Source: Polyangiales bacterium
GTDB lineage: Bacteria > Myxococcota_A > Polyangia > Polyangiales > Houyiibacteriaceae
Assembly: GCA_035466435.1 (NCBI GenBank)
Contig: DATIUW010000103.1
Coordinates: 11,594-75,593, forward strand
Direction of reading: 5' to 3'
Length of the DNA stretch: 64,000 bases
Below the pieces are notes generated by a model. It did no database searches and was not told where the DNA came from. It saw only the letters and a list, made by a program, of their open reading frames with translations. Positions 38,644 to 47,828 of the stretch are shown here, piece by piece (position 1 is the stretch's first letter; each line of letters opens with the position of its first letter). Made by a program: the position numbers and the translations under genes.

Positions 38644-39504
38644 ATGCGCTGGGACGTGCTTCGAAACACCGGGAGCAAATCCGCCTCTCCGGCCCTCAAG
38701 GCGCGGCAGATGCTGGGCAAGTACCGCATCCGCCGTCGAATTGGCGCCGGGGCGTTTGCCACCGTCTACGAGGCCTACGACACGATCGAGGGCGCCCCGG
38801 TCGCCCTCAAGATTCCCCACCTCGACCAGCTCGACCAAGAGTCGCTGAATCTCATTCGCCGCGAGGTTCGGCTGACCGCGCGCCTGGAGCACGAGAACAT
38901 TCTTCCACTGCGCAACGCGATGATGATCGACGGACACTTCGTCATCGCGACGCCCCTCGGACAGCAGACGCTTGCCGACCGGTTGCACAGACGCCTCGGG
39001 CCCAAAACGGCGTTGTCGTACACGGAGCAGTTGCTTTCTGCCCTGGCGTACGCGCACGAAGAGCGGATCATTCACTGTGACATCAAGCCGGACAACGTGA
39101 TCCTCTTTCCCGGCGGGGTCGTCCGGCTCGCCGATTTCGGAATCGCGAAGGTCGCACTCAGAACGCGAACCATCATGGGGTCGGGGCAGGGAACCGTCGG
39201 CTACATGGCGCCGGAGCAGGCGATGGGGAAGCCGTCGTTTCGGTCCGATGTCTTCTCGATGGGGCTGTTGATCTACCGAATGTTCGCGGGGGAGCTCCCG
39301 GAGTGGCCGTTCGACTGGCCGCTACCGGGGGCGGAACGTCTCCGCCGAACGGTCAGCCGGGACTTCATCAGCTTCATCCGTCGCGCCATGGAGATTCGCG
39401 AACGCAAGCGGTATCGTGATGGGGTGCAGATGGAGCGGGCCTTCCAAGCCGTCCAGCCGCGAGCCCTTCGAAGCTCGACGCGTGGCGGGAGGTCGGCGCG
39501 GTGA
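38644..39504 (+). CDS. Ser/Thr protein kinase, catalytic domain only
   Basis: GAGAFATVY...ALK, HCDIKPDNV, DFGIAK and GTVGYMAPEQ. Start is 38644 or 38710. Confidence 0.85.
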   Translation: MRWDVLRNTGSKSASPALKARQMLGKYRIRRRIGAGAFATVYEAYDTIEGAPVALKIPHLDQLDQESLNLIRREVRLTARLEHENILPLRNAMMIDGHFVIATPLGQQTLADRLHRRLGPKTALSYTEQLLSALAYAHEERIIHCDIKPDNVILFPGGVVRLADFGIAKVALRTRTIMGSGQGTVGYMAPEQAMGKPSFRSDVFSMGLLIYRMFAGELPEWPFDWPLPGAERLRRTVSRDFISFIRRAMEIRERKRYRDGVQMERAFQAVQPRALRSSTRGGRSAR

Positions 39505-40328
39505 GCGAGACCCACATCTTCACGGATGTGGACACGACGCGAGGCGAGCGGTTCGAGCTCGGGGCTGGGGAAGCCGTCGTGCTCAGCATTCCAAAACCCG
39601 GACGCGACGGGCCGAACGAGGATGCCGCCGCGCTGATATCCCTCGCTGAGAATGCTGCCGTCGCCGTGGTCTCCGATGGGGCAGGCGGCCACCCTGGAGG
39701 CGCGGAGGCGGCATCGCTGGCCGTTCGGGCGGTCTGCGACTCAGTCGAGGAGCTCGGAGACGATCTCCACAACCTGAGGGATGCGATCATCAACGGCTTC
39801 GAATCGGCGGATCGAGCGATCTCGGCACTCGGCACGGGCGCGGCGGCCACCCTCGCGGTGGTCGAAATTCAGGGCAATCACATGCGGGCCTATCACGCGG
39901 GCGACTCCATGGTGCTCGTCACCGGTCAGCGCGGGCGGATCAAGTGGCTCACGATTCCGCACTCGCCCGTGGGCTATGCGGTCGAGGCCGGCCTGCTGGA
40001 TCGGGGCGATGCGCTGCACCACGAGGATCTTCACCTCGTATCCAACCTGCTCGGGGGTCAGGGAATGCGGATCGAGCTTGGTGCCGCTTTGGAGCTCTCG
40101 CCTCGCGACACGGTCGTTCTGGCGAGCGATGGGCTGAGTGACAATCTCCATCTCGACGAGATCGTCGAGCGTGTCCGAAAGGGACCGCTTCCCCGTGCCG
40201 TGGCCGAGCTGGCCGCATTGGGCCGCGAGAGAATGGCTGCGTCTTCCGACGGCGCGCCCTCGAAGCCAGACGACCTCACGTTCATTGCGATAAGGCGGCG
40301 CCGTTCGTCTGGCCGCAAGCGCCGTTGA
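39501..40328 (+). CDS. PP2C-family Ser/Thr phosphatase
   Basis: GTG start in a GTGA overlap with the kinase stop. NEDAAA, VSDGAGGHPGG and LASDGLSD blocks. Confidence 0.8.
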   Translation: MSETHIFTDVDTTRGERFELGAGEAVVLSIPKPGRDGPNEDAAALISLAENAAVAVVSDGAGGHPGGAEAASLAVRAVCDSVEELGDDLHNLRDAIINGFESADRAISALGTGAAATLAVVEIQGNHMRAYHAGDSMVLVTGQRGRIKWLTIPHSPVGYAVEAGLLDRGDALHHEDLHLVSNLLGGQGMRIELGAALELSPRDTVVLASDGLSDNLHLDEIVERVRKGPLPRAVAELAALGRERMAASSDGAPSKPDDLTFIAIRRRRSSGRKRR

Positions 40329-40938
40329 ACGCTTCCAGCTCGCGGACCGAGCGATAGCCTTTGCCCCAGCGAGCGAAGTGCTGGACGGCCGTCGCCGTCA
40401 CCGCGTCGACCAGGTGCCACAGAGGTTGCTCCACCTGCTCGACGAGCTTGAGGGCCGATTTGATCTGTGCGTCCCATCGCTCCGAGTAGCGATCGAGGTC
40501 GCCGGCCTCGACCCTCTTGCGACAGGGCCCGGTCGAGCACCGAAGCTCCATGCCTTCTGGAAGATTGAACATTCCGTACTCGTCGGTGATCTGTTCTCCC
40601 GCCTCGATGTCCCGTATCGCAATCTCGAAGCCATACGCCGTGCTCATGGTGTTGGCCTGGCAGCAGTGATTGACGAACTTGGCGTGGTCCCAGCTCACGA
40701 TGCGGACGCCATTCGGGTCGATGTAGGAATAGCGTTCGATGATCGGCGCAAGCGTGGGATCTTGGAGCCTCGGGTCCTCGGGCAGGATCTCGATCTCGAG
40801 CGGGTCCCAGACATAGGTGATGGTTCCCTTGGTGAGCCTGGCCTTGGCGAAGACTCCCAAACCGACGACGTCATCGATGTATCGCACTTCTGTGGATGGA
40901 TGAATCACGGTGCGGCCCGCGTGCAGGATCAGTGCCAA
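40282..40938 (-). CDS. SET-domain protein (putative lysine methyltransferase)
   Basis: GLGVFAKARLTKG..., FVNHCCQANT (NHxCxPN motif) and GEQITDEYG. Its 3' end overlaps the PP2C gene by 47 nt. Confidence 0.75.
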   Translation of the reverse strand: MALILHAGRTVIHPSTEVRYIDDVVGLGVFAKARLTKGTITYVWDPLEIEILPEDPRLQDPTLAPIIERYSYIDPNGVRIVSWDHAKFVNHCCQANTMSTAYGFEIAIRDIEAGEQITDEYGMFNLPEGMELRCSTGPCRKRVEAGDLDRYSERWDAQIKSALKLVEQVEQPLWHLVDAVTATAVQHFARWGKGYRSVRELEAFNGACGQTNGAALSQ

Positions 40939-41100
40939 GTGGGGCGGAAGTCAAGAGCCTCAGAACGCGGGAGGCGAGCGGCTCCTCGGTGCAAAACTTG
41001 CCCTCACGGGATGCGCAAGCCTTGCACTGGTGCCATTTCGGCCCCGTGGAGTAGGGCACGTGCGCGGGCCGCGGGGCGATGTCAGAGTTGCCCGCACCAG

Positions 41101-42147
41101 ATGAAAGGCGACCTTCGCAACGGCGCGACAAGTCCGGTCTTCCGCAATCGCGAGCTCGTCATCGAGGACTTTCCGCGGGGGGAGGTTTCACGCCTCTACG
41201 TCGATCTCGTCGCGAATGGCCTGGCCCAAGACATCCTACTTCCGGTCTTGGTGGCGCGGGGCAAGCGCGATGGTCCGGTTTTCGGGCTGACCGCTGCCGT
41301 TCACGGCAACGAGCTGAACGGCATCCGCGTGATTCACGACCTCATGCATCATATCGACCCGCGGCAGCTCCAGGGCGCGCTGGTAGCCGTGGTCGTCGTC
41401 AACGTCCCAGGTCTGCATCGGCATCAACGGGAGTTCGTCGATGGTGGCGACCTCAATCACATCTTCCCAGGTCGTGAGGATGGGAACGTCGCCGAGGTCT
41501 ACGCTCACCGAATCCTGGATCGAATCGTCAAACGCTTCGACTATTTGGTAGACTTGCACACGGCGAGCTTCGGCAGGGTCAACTCGCTCTACGTGCGCGC
41601 CGACATGACACAGCTCTCGACAGCGACCATGGCGTACCTGCAGCGGCCGCAGATCATCGTCCACAATCCACCCTCGGACTACACCCTACGGGGCGCAGCG
41701 ATGGATCTCGGGATTCCTTCCATCACCTTGGAGGTAGGCGACCCCCAGCGCTTTCAGCCGGGCTTCGTGAAATCGTCGCGCATTGGTCTTCGAACCGTGC
41801 TGGCCGCCGCGGGCATGCTCCCGAGGCGTCCCGTCGCCGAAGGCCACGAGCCTGTCCTGTGCGAGCGTTCCTTTTGGATGTACGCCGATCGCGGCGGGCT
41901 TTTGGAGGTGCTTCCGCGTCCCACCGAGCTGGTGAGTCGCGGTGAGCGCGTCGCCGTGCTTCGGAATGCCTTCGGAGACGTGATCCGCGAATACCACGCG
42001 CCGCAGGACGGCATCGTCATAGGCAAGAGCGCCAACCCGGTGGGCCAAACCGGCGCTCGGATCTTGCACTTGGGCGTCATCGCGTCGGCGGAGCACGGCT
42101 TTCAACGGCGGCCGGCGAGCCCTGCGGTTCTGCAAGGGAGCCATTGA
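41101..42147 (+). CDS. Succinylglutamate desuccinylase/aspartoacylase-family (M14-like) deacylase, second copy
   Basis: Start reset to MKGDLRNG at 41101. AAVHGNELNG, DLNHIFPG and VDLHTASFGRVNSLYVR parallel the copy at 31854-32849. Confidence 0.8.
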   Translation: MKGDLRNGATSPVFRNRELVIEDFPRGEVSRLYVDLVANGLAQDILLPVLVARGKRDGPVFGLTAAVHGNELNGIRVIHDLMHHIDPRQLQGALVAVVVVNVPGLHRHQREFVDGGDLNHIFPGREDGNVAEVYAHRILDRIVKRFDYLVDLHTASFGRVNSLYVRADMTQLSTATMAYLQRPQIIVHNPPSDYTLRGAAMDLGIPSITLEVGDPQRFQPGFVKSSRIGLRTVLAAAGMLPRRPVAEGHEPVLCERSFWMYADRGGLLEVLPRPTELVSRGERVAVLRNAFGDVIREYHAPQDGIVIGKSANPVGQTGARILHLGVIASAEHGFQRRPASPAVLQGSH

Positions 42148-43124
42148 TGCGGGTGTGCTTCGTCGTGAACGATCGGCGGGAGCCTTCCGCCGAGCAGACC
42201 ACCACGCTCTTGATTGCCGCCGCTGCGCGAAGAGGGCACGAGGTTCTGGTCTGCGGTGTTTGCGATTTCACCGTGACCGACGACGGCACGCTCCATGTCC
42301 TCGGTCGTCGCGTGGAAGCAACGGAGCCGTCAGCCGTCGTCGAGGAGCTCCTCGGAGGCCAAGCGCACAGTCAGGCGCTCGGCGAGCAGGACTTGTGCGT
42401 CATCCGGACGAACCCGGGTCGGGACGAGGCGCGCCGCGCCGAGCACGTGGCGGCGCTTCGTCTCCTCGAGCAACTCGATGAGCAGGGTGTTCGCGTCCTC
42501 AACCACCCACGGGGCCTCTCGCGGGCGCTCACCAAGCTCTCTCTTCTGGAGGTCCCGCCTTCCTCGAGGCCGCGTACCCTGATCACGCGGGACGTTGCGA
42601 CGATCGAACGATTTCTCCACGACGCACCGGACCGGATCGTCATCAAGCCCCTCGATGGAACCCGAGGTCGCGATGTCTTCGTCCTCGATCCGGCAGGCTC
42701 GCGGGCCAACGTGAAGCAGATCATCGAGGTCGTGCTCCGGCGCGGCTATGCGATGGTGCAGGAATTCGTACCCGGGGCCGACCGTGGGGACGTTCGGGTG
42801 ACCGTCGTGAACGGCCGGGTCCTCGAAGTCGATGGCCAGCCGGCTGCCATTGCGAGAGTACCGAGGGGCGGAGATTTTCGAAGCAACCTTCACGCTGGCG
42901 GGGCTGCCGAGCCGTCCGACGTCACCGACGCCATGCGAGACGCGATTGCAGAGCTTGCCCCTCACCTACGACGGGAAGGACTCTTTCACGTGGGCGTGGA
43001 TTTCGTGGGCGGCCGCATACTAGAGCTGAACGTGTTCAGCCCAGGTGGGCTCCATCCGAGCGAGCGTCTCTATGGGCAGGATTTCAGCGGCGCGGTCGTC
43101 GAGGCGTTCGAGCAACGAGCTTGA
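42144..43124 (+). CDS. ATP-grasp ligase, glutathione-synthetase/RimK-like
   Basis: ATGA overlap with the upstream deacylase. GshB-like N-domain (RVCFVVNDRREPSAEQTTTLLIAAAARRGHEV). IVIKPLDGTRGRDV, DFRSNLHAGG and VGGRILELNVFSPGG. Confidence 0.8.
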   Translation: MMRVCFVVNDRREPSAEQTTTLLIAAAARRGHEVLVCGVCDFTVTDDGTLHVLGRRVEATEPSAVVEELLGGQAHSQALGEQDLCVIRTNPGRDEARRAEHVAALRLLEQLDEQGVRVLNHPRGLSRALTKLSLLEVPPSSRPRTLITRDVATIERFLHDAPDRIVIKPLDGTRGRDVFVLDPAGSRANVKQIIEVVLRRGYAMVQEFVPGADRGDVRVTVVNGRVLEVDGQPAAIARVPRGGDFRSNLHAGGAAEPSDVTDAMRDAIAELAPHLRREGLFHVGVDFVGGRILELNVFSPGGLHPSERLYGQDFSGAVVEAFEQRA

Positions 43125-43137
43125 TCGCCACGAGCGT

Positions 43138-44691
43138 TCAGTCTCTTGGAGGGTCCGGCACGACGGCCTTTGCGCCCTTGGCACCCGCACGGATCTCCTC
43201 GAACAGCGCATCATCGTCATCGAGAGACCGGAACAGCCCGCGGCGAAGACCCCCTTTTCGCGTGAGCAGCATCGCGGTCATCTTGTCGATGGCGATCGCT
43301 GCCAGCACCGACTGAATGTAGGCCTCGATGAGATCGTCGGTGCCGATCCCGATGGTGTTGAAATCACGCCGGTCCATCAAGAGCAGGCGGTCGGTCGACG
43401 CAGTCCAGCTACCATCGGGCTGTCGCTCAGAAAGATTGGTTCCGAGCACTTCCCATGATGATTCGCCTTCCTCGAGGACGGCTGGGAGAGGTCTTCTCGA
43501 GCGTCGCGCGTACACCGCGAGAGGGCGAAAGCCCGTTGCGCCGCCGCACACCATCACCCTGAGGTCGGCGACGTAAATGTGGCCGTGCCGATCGGGAATG
43601 GTGCCGACGTGATAGAAACGCCCGGCACGCTCCACCGAGCTCCATACGTAGTTCCCGATCAGGCTTTGCACGACGAAGCGATCGTACGGATGATCCATAT
43701 CCATGAACCGCCCCAGCTCGCCCTCGTTGACGATCGTGTACACGCCCTGACCTGCATTGCTGTAAGGGACTTTCACGACGGCGTGACCGCCGAAGCGGCG
43801 CACCCAAAGCGGCACCTCTTCCTTGGCCACGTCTCCGATCGTCTGCGGAGTTCGGATCTGTAAGCCGGAGGCTTCGAGCTCGGCGTTGTAGAGCTCGTAC
43901 GCCTTCATCGCGACTAGCTTGTTGCGCCCCCCCGAAAGGCAGGTCACGACCGGGTTCAAGATGCGGGTGCGCGTTCGAACTGGAATTCGATTCCAGGGCT
44001 TCTGGGTTACGTAGCGAAACGCCGCGCGGATCGGTCTCCACCGTCCCTGTGCATCTCTGATTTCCAGTAAGCCGTCGGTGAACCTCGCTGGAGGATCGTC
44101 GATCGCGTCCGGAAACGGCGTGAGAAAGACGTCTTCTCCGGTGAGGTCGGCAATTACCGCGGCGTATCCGGAGGCTTCCATGTGGTTCTTGTCGAACAAA
44201 ACTGCCAGGTCGCCGGAGGTCGCTTTTCGTTTTGAAATCAAGGGGAGAAACGCAGTTTCGATCAGCTTGCGATAGCCGGCCTGCTCGTCGTCGTCTGATG
44301 GGATGGGCATCGACTTGTTGCCCGAGGGACAAGAGTTGGTTTCGACTACGACCAACCTTCGATTTCCCGCGGCCGTGGTGGTGCAGAAAAGGTCGGCGCC
44401 GGCCCACTGGAAATGCTTGGGTGAGTAGCTCAGGACCTCTTCCAGCGCCTGCGGATCGACTCGGGGATTCAAATGACAGTATCGGTTGACGATACGGCGG
44501 TTGGACATCCGCAGAAAGAAGGACACCAAGGGGTGGATCTGAGCGTTCAGCACCCGAGCGTAGAAGTGGTTGCGAGGCTCGAATGAGCCCGGTGGGACCA
44601 AGGTCGCGTGCTGGCGATGCAACGCTGCCCGGGAGGCGGTGACATCCATGGGTCTCGAGCCGATGCTGCGCCGCGAATGCAACGCTGGCAA
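43138..44691 (-). CDS. Large uncharacterised protein with ATP-grasp-like motifs
   Basis: HAVVKVPYSNAGQGVYTI (K-P..G.G-type phosphate loop), FVVQSLIGNY, YVADLRVMV and LVVVETNSCPSG. The motif order is unusual and I recognise no named family. Start ambiguous between 44691 and 44649. Confidence 0.45.
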   Translation of the reverse strand: MPALHSRRSIGSRPMDVTASRAALHRQHATLVPPGSFEPRNHFYARVLNAQIHPLVSFFLRMSNRRIVNRYCHLNPRVDPQALEEVLSYSPKHFQWAGADLFCTTTAAGNRRLVVVETNSCPSGNKSMPIPSDDDEQAGYRKLIETAFLPLISKRKATSGDLAVLFDKNHMEASGYAAVIADLTGEDVFLTPFPDAIDDPPARFTDGLLEIRDAQGRWRPIRAAFRYVTQKPWNRIPVRTRTRILNPVVTCLSGGRNKLVAMKAYELYNAELEASGLQIRTPQTIGDVAKEEVPLWVRRFGGHAVVKVPYSNAGQGVYTIVNEGELGRFMDMDHPYDRFVVQSLIGNYVWSSVERAGRFYHVGTIPDRHGHIYVADLRVMVCGGATGFRPLAVYARRSRRPLPAVLEEGESSWEVLGTNLSERQPDGSWTASTDRLLLMDRRDFNTIGIGTDDLIEAYIQSVLAAIAIDKMTAMLLTRKGGLRRGLFRSLDDDDALFEEIRAGAKGAKAVVPDPPRD

Positions 44692-44754
44692 GTCAAAGGA
44701 AAGCCCGAGCGCGCTATGGTGCCAAAGCGTTACAATCGTATACTCCTCACAGCC

Positions 44755-45069
44755 ATGACTGAGGAAACAGAGGAAATCGAGCTACACGTCGAGGTCGAAG
44801 AGGGCGAGCCGCCGAAAGGCCGTCTAGTTTTGCTAGATGAATCGAATCGCGAGCTCGGCGAGATGCTCTTTCGCCGGGAGGGCGAGAGCATCGTGGTCAT
44901 CGAGCATACCGAGGTGGACTCTTCGCTCCGAGGCAAGAACGGCGGGCGACGGTTCTTCGAGGGGATGGTCGGATGGGCCCGCGAGACCGGCACCCAAATC
45001 CGGTCGGAGTGCCCATTCACCACTAAAATGTTCGAACGAGAGCCATCGAGCCGCGACGTTCTGGCGTGA
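44755..45069 (+). CDS. Small GNAT-like acetyltransferase (YjdJ / Acetyltransf_CG type)
   Basis: Start reset to MTEETEE. IEHTEVDSSLRGKNGGRRFFEGMVGWARETGTQIRSECPF matches the single-domain GNAT_CG pattern. Confidence 0.6.
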   Translation: MTEETEEIELHVEVEEGEPPKGRLVLLDESNRELGEMLFRREGESIVVIEHTEVDSSLRGKNGGRRFFEGMVGWARETGTQIRSECPFTTKMFEREPSSRDVLA

Positions 45070-45117
45070 GGCTCAGACGCTCCGCGCGTTGCGAGCCAAG
45101 GCGGTGAGCTTGATGGT

Positions 45118-46425
45118 ATGGTCCGCGCCATGTTGGCTCGGCTTGGAGAGGTGTTCAGCCGTTGGGCTGATCGATGGGTGCCTGATCCCTTCGTCCTTGC
45201 GCTCGCACTGACTCTGATCACGTTGTTCGGGGGCTTTGCGCTCACCGGATCCGCGAGCGCCGTATTTCGAGGTTGGTATGGCGGCTTTTCGAGCACGCCC
45301 CTGCTCGCGTTCGCACTGCAGATGTGCCTGATTCTAGTGACCGGACAGGCGTTGGCGGCGAGCCCGCCGATCCAGAGAGTAGTTCGCGCAGTGGCACGAT
45401 TACCCAAGCGCACTTCGTCGGCTGCCGGCATGGTGGCTGTGATCGCCTGCCTCACCGGGTTGATTCAGTGGGGGCTCGGCGCGGTGGTGGCCGCTTTCGT
45501 CGTGCGCGAGATCGCCCACGGTGCCGCAGAAGAAGGCCGACCGATGGACATTCCCGTGTTGGGGGCCGCAGCATACACGGGACTTGCCGTTTGGCACGGA
45601 GGGCTGAGCGGCTCAGCGCCCCTCAAGGCTGCCGAGTCGGTTCGTTTCACGCAGGGTGGGGCTGATGCGATCCCCGTCAGCGAAACGCTGTTTTCGCCTC
45701 TCAATTTGGTCGTCAGTGGAGGCCTCCTCGTGTTGCTTCCCTTGTTGTGCGTTGCGCTCGCACCGAAGGAGTCGAGCGTTCCAGAACCGCTACCGAGCAA
45801 GAACGAGCCGGCGGGGCCTCAGAAGCGGTCCCTTTTTGGTCTCTTGGTCGGCGGGGCGGCCGGAGTGCTGGTCGTCGTGAGCTGGGTGGGTGGTGATCTG
45901 TCTTTCGATCTCAACTCCGTGAACCTCTTCTTTTTGACGTTGGCGCTTGCTGCACACGGGTCGATTCGCAGTTTTCTCGATTCCGCATCCGAAGGCGCTC
46001 GCGGCGCCGGCTCGATCATCGTGCAGTTCCCGCTTTACTTCGGCATCCTCGGCGTGATGCAGGCGAGCGGTATGATCGAGGGCCTTTCCTCGCTGATGTC
46101 GACGATTGCGTCTACTACGACGTTCCCCGTGCTGACCTTTCTCAGCGCCGGCGCCGTGAACTTCTTCGTTCCGTCTGGCGGCGGCCAATGGGCTTTGCAG
46201 AGCGACATACTCTTGACGACTGCCAGCGTCCTCGAGCTTCCGCCGGCAAATACCATCATGGCGTTCGCCTATGGCGACCAGTGGACCAATCTGTTGCAGC
46301 CGTTCTGGGCGCTGCCTCTTCTTGCGATTACCGGCTTGAAGGCGCGTCAAATCGCTGGCTACACGGCGATCTTGGCGATCGGCATGGGTCTCTACGTCGG
46401 GGCCGTGTTGCTGGTGGTGGGTTAG
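45118..46425 (+). CDS. atoE: Short-chain fatty acid transporter (AtoE family)
   Basis: [23 protein letters not shown] at the N-terminus and a multi-TM body. [12 protein letters not shown] block. Confidence 0.85.
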   Translation: MVRAMLARLGEVFSRWADRWVPDPFVLALALTLITLFGGFALTGSASAVFRGWYGGFSSTPLLAFALQMCLILVTGQALAASPPIQRVVRAVARLPKRTSSAAGMVAVIACLTGLIQWGLGAVVAAFVVREIAHGAAEEGRPMDIPVLGAAAYTGLAVWHGGLSGSAPLKAAESVRFTQGGADAIPVSETLFSPLNLVVSGGLLVLLPLLCVALAPKESSVPEPLPSKNEPAGPQKRSLFGLLVGGAAGVLVVVSWVGGDLSFDLNSVNLFFLTLALAAHGSIRSFLDSASEGARGAGSIIVQFPLYFGILGVMQASGMIEGLSSLMSTIASTTTFPVLTFLSAGAVNFFVPSGGGQWALQSDILLTTASVLELPPANTIMAFAYGDQWTNLLQPFWALPLLAITGLKARQIAGYTAILAIGMGLYVGAVLLVVG

Positions 46426-47069
46426 AGGGCTTCGGAGACCTGGTAGGTCGCTTCGGTATTGTCAGCGACTTCGTCGAGCGTCACCCCTTCGGCCAGCTCG
46501 ATCAGCGTCATACCCCCATCGCCCCTCTTGTCGATCTCGAAGACCCCGAGGTCGGTGATGACCAAGTCGACGACCTTCGTCCCGGTCAGCGGTAGCGTGC
46601 ACTCCTCGAGAAGCTTCGGCTTGCCCTTCGCCGTGTGCTCCATGACGACTACGACTCTCTTCACGCCGGCTACGAGATCCATGGCGCCACCCATGCCCTT
46701 GACCATCTTGCCCGGAATCATCCAGTTGGCGAGGTCGCCATTCCCCGCGACCTGCATCGCCCCGAGAATCGACAAATCGATGTGTCCGCCACGAATCATC
46801 GCAAATGACTCCGCGCTCGAGAAGAAGCTCGTCGACGGCAGCTCCGTGACCGTCTGCTTTCCTGCGTTTATCAGGTCGGCGTCTTCCTCGCCTTCGTAAG
46901 GGAAGGGCCCCATGCCCAGCATTCCGTTCTCACTCTGCAGCTGCACCCTGATTCCCTCGGGAATGTAGTTGGAAACGAGGGTTGGAATGCCGATGCCGAG
47001 ATTCACGTAGAAGCCATCTCGAAGCTCTTGCGCGGCACGGGTTGCCATCTGTTCGCGGGTCCAGGCCAT
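46422..47069 (-). CDS. scoB: 3-oxoacid CoA-transferase subunit B
   Basis: [27 protein letters not shown] and GGAMDLV blocks. Confidence 0.9.
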   Translation of the reverse strand: MAWTREQMATRAAQELRDGFYVNLGIGIPTLVSNYIPEGIRVQLQSENGMLGMGPFPYEGEEDADLINAGKQTVTELPSTSFFSSAESFAMIRGGHIDLSILGAMQVAGNGDLANWMIPGKMVKGMGGAMDLVAGVKRVVVVMEHTAKGKPKLLEECTLPLTGTKVVDLVITDLGVFEIDKRGDGGMTLIELAEGVTLDEVADNTEATYQVSEAL

Positions 47070-47079
47070 CGTCTCCTCC

Positions 47080-47784
47080 TCAGGGGCGCGGACGCGTGGT
47101 CCGCTTCTCGATGTGCTTCGAGGGGTTCGGGTAGTGAATGATCCGGTCCACGTAGATTCCCGGAGTCATGACGTGATCCGGCTCGAGCTCGCCAGGATCG
47201 ACCAAGTGCTCCACCTCCGCGACGGTTACTCTTGCGGCCGTGGCCATCATGGGATTGAAGTTTCGGGCGGTCTTGCGATAGACGAGATTGCCCTCCGTAT
47301 CGCCTTTCCATGCATGGACGATTGCAACGTCGGCGAAGAGCGCGCGCTCCATCACGTATTGCTCGCCGTCGAACTCACGAACCTCTTTCCCTTCCGCGAC
47401 CACGGTTCCGACGCCCGTCTTCGTGTAGAACGCAGGGATTCCCGCACCACCCGCACGAATGCGTTCGGCGAGCGTGCCTTGGGGATTGAACTCCACGGTC
47501 AAATCGCCGTCGAGAAACTGCTTTGCGAACAGCTTGTTCTCTCCGACGTAGGATGAAACCATCTTGCTGATTTGACGTGTTTCGAGCATCACGCCGAGAC
47601 CAATTCCATCGACGCCTGCGTTGTTCGAGATCACGGTCAAATCCTTCACGCCAGATTTCGCGACAGCCTCGATCAGGGCCTCGGGGATTCCACACAACCC
47701 GAACCCTCCCGACATCAGCGTCATGCCATCGCGCAAGAGCCCATCGAGCGCTGCCGAGGCATCTGGATACAACTTGTTGACCAT
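47080..47784 (-). CDS. scoA: 3-oxoacid CoA-transferase subunit A
   Basis: [23 protein letters not shown] and [24 protein letters not shown]. Confidence 0.9.
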   Translation of the reverse strand: MVNKLYPDASAALDGLLRDGMTLMSGGFGLCGIPEALIEAVAKSGVKDLTVISNNAGVDGIGLGVMLETRQISKMVSSYVGENKLFAKQFLDGDLTVEFNPQGTLAERIRAGGAGIPAFYTKTGVGTVVAEGKEVREFDGEQYVMERALFADVAIVHAWKGDTEGNLVYRKTARNFNPMMATAARVTVAEVEHLVDPGELEPDHVMTPGIYVDRIIHYPNPSKHIEKRTTRPRP

Positions 47785-47828
47785 GGTTCGTCTTTAACTC
47801 CCGCCACCGCGCGTGACAATCCGGGGTT

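Noticed and set aside
41021-41035. A minus-strand TGGCACCAGTGCAAG upstream of the SET-domain gene, which resembles a sigma-54 -24 element.
   Set aside because: The GC dinucleotide lies 3 nt too close to the GG (positions 11-12 instead of 14-15), so the -24/-12 spacing is wrong.
40378-41100. The 5' two-fifths of the 589-aa ORF 40378-42147.
   Set aside because: This part is antisense to the well-supported SET-domain gene and has Arg/Gly/Pro-rich junk-like sequence. The deacylase homology begins only after the internal ATG at 41101, so the gene was trimmed.
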